Shown: piece after piece, positions 29,795 through 48,580 of the stretch | Layout of the letters: the number at the start of each line of letters is the position of its first letter | Numbering within the stretch: the first letter of the stretch is position 1 | Assembly: GCA_012295275.1 (NCBI GenBank) | Contig: CM022667.1 | Location: 15,996,001-16,060,000, forward strand | Length of the DNA: 64,000 bases | DNA from: Chrysomallon squamiferum | Taxonomy: Eukaryota; Animalia; Mollusca | Direction: 5' to 3' | Position numbers and translations under genes: made by a program | Notes under the pieces: generated by a model | What the model was told of the DNA's origin: nothing | The model's database searches: none | The model's input: only the letters and a program-made list of their open reading frames with translations

Positions 29795-30307
29795 CAACAT
29801 TAACTGATTAAGAAAATTATTTATAATAAATTTTATAAAAATTAATTTATTTAAAATGAATCTGTGCTAGTGTTAATGGAACTTATTTTGTATTCATGCA
29901 AATTTTATTGAATAGGAATACTGGCAGCCAATCTTTGTTAATAATAAAATAATAAGATGGTTTAATCTGTAAATTAAAAACATAAGGAATCTGGTGGGTG
30001 TACACAAAATGAATTTTGATGGGTTGATATGCGATAATTGATAATTAGAGAAAAAGTTTCAGTATTAGCTTCAAAATAAATCAAAAATACAAATCAATAA
30101 TTAAATAACAAATTTAAACTTAATAAATATTTTCATAAATTCTTCTTCTTCTAGTTCTTCTGCTTTGCTGCCCTGGCAGTGTATGCTGTCGACACTTTCT
30201 TCATGTTCCGTGCATGGCAGAGTGTGCAACATCCAGCAGCTGAATCCAGTGCTGCAGCAACAACAACAACAACTACAACCACTTACGAGACGAGAACACA
30301 ATACTGA
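27729..30307 (+). CDS. MARVEL-domain tetraspan protein, plasmolipin/CMTM-like, 178 aa
   Basis: Exons 27729-27839, 28179-28352, 29319-29417, 30155-30307, all phase 0; Kozak ACCATGG. Translation: MATTTYEQTTTVSATEDIRPDVGYVKSLNGLLKIAEI|VLCIIVLICASVDTWFWYAHGGGWVQFVAASALITTIILFIFHFMHIISRLPGPWHFI|EFIYYCVFCALWLIAAIVAAVRGSWHASIGAAA|FFCFAALAVYAVDTFFMFRAWQ...YETRTQY*. MARVEL hallmarks: Y.KS..GLLK.AEI, WV.FV, PW...E, AAA.F.F.A...Y.VD. Confidence 0.93.
27801..28145 (+). repeat. ~88-bp tandem repeat (about 5 copies, some truncated) spanning the end of the first coding exon and its donor
   Basis: Unit GTCAAA...CTTAATGGA.TATTGAAGA.AGCAGAAA.A|GTAG(G/A)CATCA.A.TTTTGTTTTAAAATTAAC.TGTAATT..TTTAAA fills most of the intron. 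Confidence 0.88.
28652..28954. mobile_element. Non-autonomous hAT (Charlie-like) DNA transposon/MITE, 303 bp
   Basis: TIRs CAGGGGTGCCCA / TGGGCACCACTG (one mismatch); 8-bp TSD ATTTAGAT / ATTTTGAT, close to the NTCTAGAN Charlie target preference. Confidence 0.8.
29590..29937. repeat. Diverged tandem duplication (~160-190 bp) in intron 3 of the + MARVEL gene
   Basis: CTGACAG.AAACATC...AGAAAATTATTTATAATAA.TTT.T.AAAATTAATTTATTT.AAATGAATCTGTG...GAACTTATTTTGTAT.CATGCAA.TTTATTGAATAG occurs twice. Confidence 0.8.
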
Positions 30308-33300
30308 GACCACGGATTTATTTTGATTCTTTTCTTGTGTATCTTTAACTGCATGTGATCTCTGTATAACAAAAGAAATTAAGAACTTCGGATGTTGTTT
30401 AATTAAGGTTGTCAAACCTGCCAGCCTGGTTGCTATGGTTAATGTTTTATACTGTTAGAGTATTCTCATATAAAGCTTGGGTATTTTCAGTTATATATAA
30501 TCATTTTTGAAATGTTTTTTTCTTTTTCCTGAGTTCTTTTTTTTTTTAAATATTCATATATAAATCTGTATATAAATATATTATATATTTCTTTGCTTTT
30601 GAGTTATATATTTTTCAATCTTTTGATGAGGATTTTGAAAACAAGAAAGAGTTTTTAATATGTTTATCTGAAAAACATCTTTCTTACAATAATTATATTC
30701 ATTTTAAATATATATATTTGTAGGCTTTTAACAAAAAAAAAAAAATATATATATATATATTCTTCTATGATAGTTGTGAAAATCTAAGACAATTTTCTAA
30801 AAAGGTTTATATTATTACTTTTTTTTTATAATAATGCCATTTTTGTTCCTAAGAAAAATAAATAAATTGTAATAATTAATAAATTGACAGTTTCCAGCCA
30901 AACAGTTTTAAAAGTTAAAAAGTTGAAATTATTGAAATTTTTTTCAAATGCAGTTTTATTATTTCTTTCTTTTAAAGAAAACAACAACAAAAAAAAACAC
31001 AAACAAATCTGGTTTCATTGTCTACAGTCCCAGCAAATTGTTTTCATAATATGTCTATATTAAGTGTCATGGTCATCCAATTTAAGAACAATTTCTGTTA
31101 GTTTCTCTTCTTTCTTCATTGTCATCTTAATCTGTTTGTTCCTTTGAGAACACAGAGAAAGTTGGCAATGCCGTTTACTATTTCTCGGTAAATTACATAT
31201 TATTTTAATTATTATTTTCTTTTGTTTATTTATTATTTTTTTTAACTATAAACTTTTCTTGTATATCAATTATTTACTTTTTTAAATTTGTATTTGAAAT
31301 GACCATGGCACTTGATTAAACCAGCATTACACTTCATATAATTCACTATTATTACATACATCATGTTATGTTCTTATTTACATAACATCATCCACATTGC
31401 TTGATGTTTCAAACCTTGTTATTTATTTCTAACAGTGTAAGAATATCTCAGAATTTTAATGCTATGACGTTTTACAAGAAATCTTAAACTAAATAATAAA
31501 AATCATTACTTAGTTTATTAATAACATTTTATTCATAACCATGAATACAAAATAAAGAGCTAGTGTCTGAGTGTTGAAAAAAAAAAAAAAAAAAAAAAAA
31601 AAGGTTTTAAAGAAATGTATTTAAGAATTTTAATCTTTATGGTAAATACAAAATTCTAGAAACATACTAATTGAAAAATTCTCTTATCCATTTTGCTGAT
31701 TTTATTCATGACTGCTGAGAATTAACATCTCTTTCGCTGTTAGAAACTGCTATAATTTGTCAGTCTTTTCTCATAATTCAGCTGACAAGACATTAAATTT
31801 TTTAATTGATACTTGGAATCAGTCATTCAGCGCATTCTGTTTTTAAATAATTCAATTTAAGAACTTGGTGATATATTGTTCAGTTTTTATGCACGATAAT
31901 AAAATAAATATTTCTTGGAAACATATCACTTGACGAAGGATTTTTGAATTTTATGGAGCCTTTGTCAACGTTGTAATGAGATGTACTTGTCAAATGTAGA
32001 ATAACCACTTAGTCTAAGATATCCACTTGAGTGCAGGATACCCACTGGAGACATTGTTCCATGTGAGGCTAAGATGTCTTTGCATAATTCTAATATGTCC
32101 AGTGGACAATAGGATATCTGCTTAAATGTCTGTCCTTGCCTAAGCCCAAGAAGACCAGATGATGCCAGGATGATGCCACTTAAGATACCAATTCTTCCCT
32201 AAGAAATCAGAATATCTGACTTGAAGTCAGATGCTATCATTAGAGCTCATTTCCATTTCAATGTAAGAACATAACAATAATCCTGTAAACCAATTTCAGG
32301 CTTGTTTAGAAACTAGAGGTAGACAACTTGAATTAGTATCCAATGTAAAGTTTATATTAGAGGAATGAATGAAAACATCATATTATTCCCTGGAGTGTTC
32401 TGAAATGATGTATAATGTCATGGGTGTTTTTTTGTTTTGTTTTTTTGCTAATCTGCTGTGGATTTTATATTGGTTTCATATATATATATATGTAAAACTT
32501 GTTTCCAGTTTGGGAGTCTTGTTATATTTCTTGCTTTTTGAAAATGCATTATGGTTGACAAATCTATAATCTGGTTTTATTTTTTGTTTTATATATTAAT
32601 TTCTTTTTTATTAATCAAATGTTACGGCTGTATAAATACTTCTGTATATTAATTTTTTCTTTTGTATGTAATTTGTTTTTAATCATTATTTTTTAAGTTA
32701 TTATTTTTCTTTTCTTTTTTTGTTTTCTTTTTCATATTACAGTTTTCTTCTATTTCTACAATTTTTTTAAATTTTTTTTATTATTTTTCTATGTATGCTT
32801 ACCCGGTTTGATGTTTTGTTGAATCATCATGTTCTTTTTTAAATATTTAAATATTTACTTTCCTTGTTTACATATCATAACAACAGAGAATATTATTAAC
32901 TTAAAAAGCTAAATAATTCAAAATAATTTAGAATTTTAATTAATAATTAACATTTAATGTGATACATATAACTTTTTCTCATTTGAAAAATAATCATGAT
33001 CTGATCATTGATCAAATTGTTTTGGTATTAAGACCATAATTTTAAAATTTAATCTCAAAATCAAGATTGTTTACTTTTAAACAATTAAAAAATAAAAATA
33101 TTATTTTAAGCAGGTTAAAAGAAACAACAAAATGCTTCCAATCTGCATAGTCAAAAGATTTACTTTATATATGTTGTCTAAAATAGTGCAATAATAGTCA
33201 CTGTTTAGGATGTGAAATAGTGAGTTTTTTGTATTAAATAATTGCTGTACAAAATCTACAGAATAGACTATGCCACACACCCATTCACACACATACATTA

Positions 33301-35717
33301 TATGTAGAGAGAATTTAATACAGCAGTGTTGAAACTGAATTAATTTTTATCTCTGGAAGGTAAATCTTCAGACCCATTATTTTCAGACATGACAAACTTT
33401 AACTGTCTTGAGATAAAAGCCTTATAAGAATAGCTCAGCCATATTTTAATTTAAAAGAAGGTACTAGTTTTACAAATATATGACAGTCGTAATTTTCTCA
33501 TTATTTTCTTGTTTTTAATATTTTTGGAAGATGGATCTAGAATTCACTTTTTCTTTTATATGTGTTATTACAGACACTTTTTATATATAATTATATATAT
33601 ATTTCTGCTAACTTATTTCTGAAACTTAATATTCGAATATAAATCATCATTGATTTATAATTTCTCTAATCAGGGATGGATTTTTGATACTGTTTGTTAT
33701 ATTATACTATATGTGTATATGTGGTTAATTGCCTTCTTTTGATTTTGTTGTTGTTTTCCAGTGCTTGGAAGGGATTGTTTCTATTATATTGTTGTTGGTT
33801 ATTTATTATTTTATTCTTTTCTACTTGCTGTTAAAGATAAATTAAAAATAAAAAATAATGAAATCTCTTTGAAACATTCTTTTTGAAAAAAAAAAAGAAA
33901 AACATGGGAAAATATTTTCTATATATAATTTTGTCACCATTTGGATTTATCAGCATTACTTGTCAGTTTTAACAGAAATCCAGAAATAATGAAATTATTA
34001 TTTTCTTTCTTTTATTTATACATAATATTGAAAGGAAGAAGTGTTTTCTCCATTATTATACATATATTGATGATAATGCTCTGTAAATAATGGAGGAAAT
34101 AGTTCGACTCTGTAATTCATATTAACACTGATCCTTTATGGAATGGAGGAAAATAAGAATATTGCAGGAACAAAATGGTGAAGTTATTACAATCCTGTGG
34201 GGAAGAAAAAGAAAGAACAAAATAAATAAAGAAAGAATTAAAGAAATAAAGAAAGATAGAAAGAAGGAAGGTAAATAAATAAATAAATAAATAAATAATA
34301 ATAAAAGTAAAATCCTGAATTATTAATGTAAAGTAAAATTATGATAATTTATGAAGAACCATTCATTTCTTTGATATTTCAGTTTTCATAATTTTGGAAA
34401 ATTGTCACTAAACCAATCTTTTACAATCCACACTGAACAATTTATTATTTTTCTTTATATATATATATATAGATACAGATATAGATTTCTTTTTTTGTTT
34501 TCATTGTCATTAGTGTCTGTTTTAAATAAGTAAGTAAATAAACAGAAATAAAAAAAAAACAAAAAAAAAACCTCCAAGGAAATCATTACATTATCTGTAC
34601 AACAATCAGTTTATATGTGTAGTATTATCACGAGTTTCATAAATAAGTAATATAGTCTGTATGTAATAGAAAAGTTGTATAACTTAAATAACTTCAATAT
34701 ATGTAACAGTATGTAACGTGTGTATGTGTAGTACTGTATTTATATATATTGTAGTCATAAAACAGCTTTGCTGTATAGAATGTGCATATTTATCGGACTC
34801 TTGATAAACTCTGCCTTGTTATTATTTTCCGGCTGATAATGAACTAGAAAGGTGGTGTTCTCATTCTGCAACGTGTTGAATATGACACTTAGTTTTAACA
34901 AAATAAAAAGGATGAATGAATGAATAATTAAATAAATAAATAAATAAAATATATTATTACAAGGTTATTTACTTTTATTTGTACCATATGTTCAGTTTTA
35001 TACTAGAAATAAAACTGAATTTTCAAAAATATGAATTCCTTCAATGATGGCGTTTTTGTTACGTCATCACAAAAATAAACATGACGTTTAAATTTTATTT
35101 TGATTGGTTGTGAAAGCTTCACTTTTGGTAATTGCTAAAACTCGGACACGATGTATTCTGTAAGACGCAAGTCAATACGAGTTCTGTCCTGCCAATCTAT
35201 TAGATCGACTTTCATACGATATCAGAGTATGAGAATACCACTAACAGATGTTTAACTAAATCTCAACATGGTGCTATGTTGTTTTTTTTCATCTTGTTAG
35301 ATCTTTTCTTTCTGTCTTAATACCTCTTTACTGATTTTAGAATGGAATTCTCTATCATGTTTATGTAACAATATAGCTTCTATAGAGAAATACTTTTTTT
35401 TTTTTTTTTTTAAATTAATTAATTTAGTTTTTAAAATGTGTAGTTAAATGGTAGAATTTAAAGAAAAATGTTTTAAGAAGGAAACAAAACTGATAAATTT
35501 TGGATCATTAAAACATTTCTAACTATTGATTATTTGGCTTATTTATGTATTTATTTATTGGGAAAACACACAACAAGATAATGAACAGAAAAAATAAAAT
35601 AAAAACAAAACAAAAATAAACAACAAAAAACAAACAAAAAGAAGAAAACCCACAAATATTACAATTATGAAACATTTATTAGATTGTATAAAAGAAATAA
35701 TAATTTTTAAAAAGTAT

Positions 35718-35784
<67 letters not shown>

Positions 35785-36806
35785 CAAATTTAATTCTAAA
35801 ATAATAATAATAATAATATACTGAACATTTTGTATACAAGAATACATATATTTTGCACTCCGATACGCACTTGCAAATATTTAAAAAGAGCATATAATCA
35901 AAACAAAAACTGATACACTAAACTTGGGTGCAGAAAGCAATTTAAAGAAAATCAAAATGTTCAGTATGAAAGTCAAATCTTATTTAGCTTCGAAATTACG
36001 AAACCTTAGGTTTCCACCAGCACAGGTCATTCATTATAAAGATTCTTAAAATTATTTTTTATTTTTCTAATAAAATTATAAAGATTTGGACTATTTTTAT
36101 ATACAACATTGGCACCGAGGAATACTCACAGCGGACGCATTCGAAAATTGTTCATCCGACATTTCACGAAAGTGTCTCATTCTACGTCATTAATAGATAC
36201 TACGTCACTAATTGGTAAATTCTAAAAATATACACATTCTCTGTGGTAATACTGAGTGATTGTCTGAAACAAACACACTAAAATTTTAAAAGAAACGGTC
36301 ATAATACTAGTTTATTTAATGCATTTGTCACAAAACATTTGATGTAAAACCGACACAGAATAAATGTTACGAAAGCACTTAAATTAACAGAACTATGAAA
36401 ATATAATAACAACAGAGAGAGAGAGAGAGAGTATCGATTAACAATTTAAAAAAACCCAAACAACGGAAAAGAAAATATGCTTTTAAAGTAACTAAATATT
36501 TGTAAAGATATTTTATTTACGTAGCATAATTTTTAAATTATATTACATCACTTAACAAACTATTAATAACATTAAACAGCATTACATTATTTAATATTAT
36601 TAACAACGATTAAGTCATTTAATATAATTAATCATTTTAAGATTGTTAAGTTTATCGGATGTAAATTTTTATCGTCACTTTCGTTCATGAATAACATAGG
36701 TCAACAGTAACATATAGTTAATTGTAATAAACGATCTCTGATTCAGTATCGTAACCGAAGTGGAAATCGTTGATCTTTTCAAATATCGATTATTGTATTA
36801 ATTCTG

Positions 36807-41377
<4,571 letters not shown>

Positions 41378-41717
41378 CTTTGTGTCTTGGTACAACTGTA
41401 GCTGATTTTTCAAAAAAAAAAAAAAAAAAAAATAAAAAAAATAATAAGGAAATAAAATAATTTTTGTTTCTTTGTTGTTTGTTGAAATTTAATTTTGTTT
41501 ATTTATTTTTATTCTTTTAATTTTAATTTTAACCAGTGTAACAATCAAGAGACAAAATACCAGCGGTTTTCGAAAAGCGGTTTTCTGTGATTAAAAAAAA
41601 GTCGAAGGGTCCATAAGCCATGGTTTGTCGGCAGTGAAACAAAAATAGTTTGATTTGATAAGCAAAATGTGGTTCCTTGGTTTTTTATACTGTATTTGTA
41701 CTGTGTGTGACTATGTA

Positions 41718-41752
<35 letters not shown>

Positions 41753-41860
41753 CTATTTATATAGATACACACACCTATACGTACAACCCTACATACTTAT
41801 TTATATATATATATATATACATGCATATAGATACGTATCTACGTATAATATATAAACATA

Positions 41861-41922
<62 letters not shown>

Positions 41923-42005
41923 TATGTAAGGTTGTACGTATGGGTATGTGTATCTATATAAATCGGTAGGTAGGTAATTATGAAACAAGATGAATAAACA
42001 TTTTT

Positions 42006-42060
42006 ACATACCTGCTCATTTCCACCTTACGACGGTCATCAAGAAAACGAAATCATCATA
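42006..42060 (-). promoter_or_regulatory. Putative non-coding first exon of isoform B (donor after 42012)
   Basis: GAGCAG|GTATGT donor upstream of the acceptor at 41401; the 5' boundary is unknown. Confidence 0.35.
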
Positions 42061-43454
42061 TTTTGTTGTATATGTAAAAAGTTCCAATGTTTACAACCTC
42101 TAACTTTAATTTCACACTACGTCCAATGCAAATTTTCTATTAAACCATGGAAATATTTGCCTACAAATTTAAGACATTTCTCCTTTACAAGTTACCGTTC
42201 CTGATATTACTAAATATAACCGTGCATATCGTCATGTATGCAGTGCCTAAAACCATGGCCAGGTGGCTTGAAAAGGAAGGTGTTTTCATTACTATTTGCT
42301 TAACGGCATAATTGTACACAGTTTGTTTTCAGATTTATTTGTTCGTGTCTTTCGAGCGGTGTTCAGTCTGAATGCCCGTTTTGTGTTCCCACAAACACGT
42401 ATTCATCGCTGTTGGCGAGATTCACTCAGCTAGACAATAGATTTATCTCCCCATGAATAGCGGACCTTAAAAAAATGACGGTCGTTCGTCTGGTCTTTTT
42501 AACGCCATAATAGCTGTACGTATATTTATATATTTTGTCAGCGAACAATGGGGATACCATAGAAAGTCTAGTCAAAGTGCTGGAGACGCATTTTTCTTTT
42601 CAGATGGCTGGTGTATGCAGTCTGATTATCACTGTGGAGTTCGATATATTTTGAATTAAAGAAAATGAAAGAATGAAAAAAAAAATTAAGTATTTTTTTT
42701 ATTTTTGGAAATGATATCGCACTTTAATACAATACTAAAGGCCTAAGGGACACAGTCACCACGTTCTTGATACAGTTCTTGAAATAGGTACAAGTTGGCT
42801 AATGTATGTATGTATGTATGTATGTGCGTATCTGTTTATGTGCTGTTATAGTTTGTTTGTATGTATGTGTGTATGCATGTATGTGTGCATGTATGTGTAT
42901 GTATGTATATATGTAATATGTGTGTATGTGTGTGTGTATGTATATGTGTGTGTATATATATCTATATATATATATATTTGTATGTGCATATAAATATGTT
43001 TATATGTAGGTATGCTTGGATGTGTGTTTGGGTGTATGTATGAAAATAGTTCCTATCTTTACTATTTTTAATAAGAGTAAATTCAGTTTTTCCCCTTGGC
43101 AATTTCAATATACATTCTTTCATTTCTTTATTTGACGTTACATCAGCTTAGTTCTTAACACTTTTTTATTTGTAATGAAAAATCTTGTCATTTGTAACGA
43201 GAAAATAGAAAAATATTTACATAAAAAATAAACGGAGTCAAAATACCATATACAATAATTTATTATACATTTGATCTAAAGTTTAAAAGTTTTATTAAAG
43301 AAATGACAAATTATTTGTTAGCGTCTCTAAATAGAGATTCCGTCAGATAGGAATTGTTACTGTGTTTTATTATTTTTGAACATTACATACAATACATCTC
43401 TCTCTCTCTCATTTTCTCTCTCTCTTTATAATAACAATGAACATTTCTAAAGAC

Positions 43455-43503
<49 letters not shown>

Positions 43504-43608
43504 CCCTCCAAACACACACACTGATACGCCATAAAGTAATATTATTCGTCTAGGCTGATTGACAACCAGTACAATATAATAATAATAACAACAATAATAA
43601 TAATAAAA

Positions 43609-43654
<46 letters not shown>

Positions 43655-44431
43655 CAACAACAACAACAACAATAATAACTGACTATTAATCTTGAGGTCT
43701 TCAGCAGAACATGTCTAATAATACGGGCCTCAAAATATTTTCAAAAATGGCACCTGTAAATAACAAAGATAAACACTGAAATGTCTGTATACATTCATCA
43801 TTTTACTAGCTCACATATAACTGTAATGAGTCAGTATTATTTTGTGAGATAGCTTTATACGAGTATGTGTTTTCTCAACGTGTGTATGTGAGTGCATTTC
43901 ATCATGTGTACATGTGTGTGTGTGCGTGTATTTCATCCCAGTAGCAATGAAATATCATAGTTATTACACGCACAAAAGTCCCTATCTTTCATCACAGATA
44001 CTGTATTTTAATAATAAAATAATCTTTTGTCAGATTTCTCACACATCCTATTCTGTGAAATATGTTTTTCATTCTCAAACGAAACAAAATAACCGACACA
44101 AAGAAAGGATCTCACGGGATGTCAGGCCAGACGACAATATCATCCATCTTCATTTAATTTGAGATTACTGAAGTTTGTATTTTTTGTTTGTGTCCTCTCC
44201 TTTGACACTTTTAGCCCCTCCTCCAACATATAAAAACATTTAACTACGTAGAAGTAGACAGGCTGTTATTTGGTATTTCCTCAGTTCCAGTGCCAAAGAG
44301 CCATGTTGCGACTAAAACCAAAATAAGAGACATTAAAAGAAGTATTTTCTTTATAAAATATTAAGAAGCGTCGTTAAAAGAAAATAGGGTTGTGATACAT
44401 ACTAATATATATATATATGTGTGTGTATATT

Positions 44432-44564
<133 letters not shown>

Positions 44565-44661
44565 ACCAATGGAACAAGTACATGTAGTTAGAAATACAGA
44601 AAATTAAAGATGGATGGATAACTTAAAAACAAAAATAAGTATAATAATTATAAAACTGTTT

Positions 44662-44698
<37 letters not shown>

Positions 44699-44755
44699 TG
44701 AAAGAAGAAGAAGAAGAAGAATTATTATAATAATGATGATGGTAATGATGATAAC

Positions 44756-46348
44756 CTACCTTTTATAATTCTGTCCATATTTATTAAGAGGTGCTCCATC
44801 TTTTCTTCGATTGTAATAATAGTCGAATTTGTTGAACGTGTCATAGTTGCCCACGTACGTATTATACTCCCCCACTCTGGATGGGACTCGTGGTGTCTGG
44901 GCGGGACGTACTACGGAAGAAAATTCTGAGTCGCGTGAATATTTCTGCAGTTCATCCAGAAGTCCCTGTCTCTCAGTGTCTGTTACCAGTTTAGACTTGT
45001 TCTTAAAGTCTCTGTGAGGTGGCGTCTCTATTGCGTCAATCCATTCAGGAACAAGTTCTTTTTCTCTGTATTTTCTGGCATTGAATCTGCATCTCTGGGC
45101 ATTTTCCTGATGCTTTCGTCTCATGAGTTCCAGTTCCCATTCTTCTTTGCGTATATTCCTCTTTGGTTTGACGGGTGCGGACCCATCCAGAGTAACCATG
45201 CTCAACGGCTTTTTCGGTTCTCTGTATTCGTCGTGAGGCAGAACGCGTACCCGTGGTTGTATAATCGTGTCTAGGTCGTCACGTTCGTCGTATGGCGACG
45301 GAGCACGGAAGACGTTGCCACGACGTCGTGCCAAGTGTCGTTGACGTTCCTTCTGGATCTTGGCTAAATTCCTTCTCTTAGCTCTTTGTCCTGCTTTCCA
45401 CATCTCGTAGTCGGTGTAGTCCGGGGCGGTTTCGTAATGTCTTCGTATCCAGTAAGCCGTGTTCACAGCCCCTGGGTCTGACGCATACGACCGGTAATAT
45501 CGTTTCATTCCGGCCCGTGTTTCGAGACCAGCATCGAAATCCAGAAAACGACGATCGTACTGGTAGTAGCGCCCGTCGTAGTAAGGAGTATCCAACCAGT
45601 CATGATTTCTTCCGAAATTTCTGTACGTCCACACATCGGTATCAGACAACAGCGGCTCTTGCCCTGGGTATCGTCTGTCGCTCCAGGGGGTCTCTATGTA
45701 ATATCTGTCCCTTTCTGCTACAGCGTAATTCCATCCAGGAAGTCTGTTATGTCGATTCAACCAAAGGAAAGTCTTGAATTTCATAAACTCATCTTCGGTT
45801 TCGTCTCGATATTTTGGCCCCATTGCCGATCCTTTAACCGTGGCAACGCTCCAACCCTCGTCTGGTTTCTGCTTGCAGTGGCAGGCTGGTTCTGTCCTAG
45901 AAGACTTCGGGAAAGGTACGGTTGGTCGCTGATATTCCGGGAAAGATCGTCTGCCTCCTACGCCACCGTTCACCACAATCTCGTCTCGTAAAGTTCTGGT
46001 TTCTCTGCTGATAGCAGAACCCTGGTCAGGGACGTCACTAAGCGGGTTCAGCAAAGTATGGGGCGTTTCGATCTGATCGTGCTCTTCGTAAGCGTTTCGC
46101 GGAGTTATGGCAACTTTTTTGTGAGCCGTCCTCACCGGCATGCCCGGATGCTGGGCATATTTGGAAGGCGTGTTAGGTGCTTTGGTTTTATCTTGTCCCA
46201 ATGTCTTGGCGGTCTGTGGCTGATGATTCTGAGCGACTTCGAGCGGTTCGTCTGGTTCCGGTGTGATAGTTGCTGTAGGTGGAGCAGGGTTTCGGTTTGC
46301 TATTGGTTTTCTCCTCGGTGGTTCTGATGGAGTTTGTTTCACGCTCAT
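44756..46348 (-). CDS. 530-aa Pro/Arg/Tyr-rich disordered coding exon; paralog of the isoform-B N-terminus, probably the alternative first coding exon (isoform A) of the minus MARVEL gene
   Basis: Long GC-rich ORF. Acceptor TTTTCAG|AAAAT at 46365 and upstream donor CACTG|GTATGT at 46922. It shares motifs with exon 40810-39446 and ends AAT TAT AAA AG|GTAGGT (exon end 44760). Confidence 0.85.
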   Translation of the reverse strand: MSVKQTPSEPPRRKPIANRNPAPPTATITPEPDEPLEVAQNHQPQTAKTLGQDKTKAPNTPSKYAQHPGMPVRTAHKKVAITPRNAYEEHDQIETPHTLLNPLSDVPDQGSAISRETRTLRDEIVVNGGVGGRRSFPEYQRPTVPFPKSSRTEPACHCKQKPDEGWSVATVKGSAMGPKYRDETEDEFMKFKTFLWLNRHNRLPGWNYAVAERDRYYIETPWSDRRYPGQEPLLSDTDVWTYRNFGRNHDWLDTPYYDGRYYQYDRRFLDFDAGLETRAGMKRYYRSYASDPGAVNTAYWIRRHYETAPDYTDYEMWKAGQRAKRRNLAKIQKERQRHLARRRGNVFRAPSPYDERDDLDTIIQPRVRVLPHDEYREPKKPLSMVTLDGSAPVKPKRNIRKEEWELELMRRKHQENAQRCRFNARKYREKELVPEWIDAIETPPHRDFKNKSKLVTDTERQGLLDELQKYSRDSEFSSVVRPAQTPRVPSRVGEYNTYVGNYDTFNKFDYYYNRRKDGAPLNKYGQNYKR

Positions 46349-46646
46349 CGTGCAATGTAGATTTTCTGAAAAGTGAAAAAAAAAAAAAAAAAATTAATAA
46401 TAATAATAATAATAATATACTTTTAGAGAAAACCGATATCGTGAATACAATTGCCTTCAAAAATATTAAATTGCATAATACAAGTTAAACAAACTGCTCT
46501 GCGTAGAACTCCATTGATTAAGTTAATTTATAATTCCGACATCTACTATAAATGTTGTTTGTTTTGTCTGTCTCTTTGTTAGAGTTTCTATATCTACCGC
46601 TCTCTACAAATTTTATTTCTATTTGTTATTCCTCTAGTGATACACC

Positions 46647-46768
<122 letters not shown>

Positions 46769-48487
46769 TACTTCTGTGTCTGTTTGCCTCTATTTCGCAT
46801 ACACACATATTCTTTCTCTTTCATACTATGTGCCTTCTCAACACCTTCCCACGGACTGACACACTGACATTCAAACTATACCCATACACTGAAAAAACAA
46901 AACAACAAAACAACAACATACCAGTGTTAAAAGTTCTGCTAGTCTAGTTTTCCAGTCCTCCATGACAGTGGACGTGATCAGATTTTCTTTGTCTCAGATC
47001 TTGGTGAAATATCCTTTCACAGATATCCTTAAACTGAATTTTAACTCCACAACACTTTCGTACACATAACATAGCGTATTACCCAGTATTATTCACAGTT
47101 TGAAAGTTGTTTTTTTTATGTGTTTTTTTCGTCTTAAGTTTTAAAACTTATTTCAACTAATAATTGATCCAGATATCAGTGAATCGACTCTAAGCAGAGA
47201 AAATTCGTATTGGTTATAAATGTTTTGTAAAATCACAACTTGGTGAACAAAACATTCTACAAGACTAACACGACTAATCTGAAAACTAATCTGAACCCTT
47301 GCATTCAAAACGCTTGTTTTGTTTATCGCTGAAATTTTCTGTCTGTTGGTTGTTTAGTTGATGTAAGGTTTGTTGTACGAAAAGATCTGGTGTTATGGAT
47401 ATTACATTGTGTGGCAGAGAAAGGACCCACGCGGTCTGTTATTTGTAACTCAGACGAAAGTATAGAAAAGGTGAGAAGAGCTCTCTCTGATCTGTGCAGT
47501 TTATGTATACTCAACGAAATTATATATGTATATGTACGTATATATTTTCAGTTATTCGAATGCTAATCGGAAAAGAATTGCCCATGAACTGACGGCTGCG
47601 GGTTTCTTCTCTCGTCATAGGAAGTTCTTTAATAATACACCCGACCTTACCGTAAAGAATTATTTCCTTCCTTTTCAATCTTCAGCCTGTCATATCCTTA
47701 TTTCTTATTTTATTTCTTAACTCAACAACCTTTTGGGGTCTGTTCAGACTACAACCCATTTCACGATTAAAAATATCCGTTTTTAAAATACATCAAAACG
47801 ATTCTCCTCCTCGCTCTCTGTAGATGTAATGTATCCTGTTAGTTCTTCTTGGTTTTTTTTTGTTCTATCCCTTTCTTTATTTTGTTTATTTCATTTATAT
47901 TACATTCATATCTAATACATGTATATATATAGAAACACACACACACACACACACACATATATGTATTCTGTCTAGAAACCATGTTCATACAAATCTATTT
48001 CGAACTTACCTAAAGACTCGAGTTAGCTGTATCCTTCTTAGTCGAGTATATCTGTAATAGCAGGTTTTGATGAATTAAGCGATCTTTTGTGAGCACAAAG
48101 TGACGATATGCTTGTTCGTCACGGATCATTTGTTTTGTTAACCAACAATAATGCCAACAATCAACAACGAATACCGACATATATCCACACATACATACTT
48201 GAATCCGTGCGAATGGATTCCATTCTGAATACTTATGACGCAGATCACGTGAAAGAGCTGTATCCATTCCTTTTTCTTTTCTTAAATCAAAAATAGCTCT
48301 TTTGCTGCTTGGCACTTGTCTGTATTAAACTTACGTCAAAGGAAAGGAAAAAGAGAGGAGGAAAAAATGGAAATCAGATGATGACAGGAAAGAATGACCA
48401 GTCATGAAATTCGCCCGAAATCTAATAATGTTCATAATTTGTAAGAATGAGACAATGAGATAAGAAGGTTAGTTATATGCATAAATC

Positions 48488-48580
<93 letters not shown>

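Noticed and set aside
45014-46327. Plus-strand ORFs over the 530-aa exon (also 39724-40214 and 38649-39095)
   Set aside because: Antisense shadows of real GC-rich coding exons.
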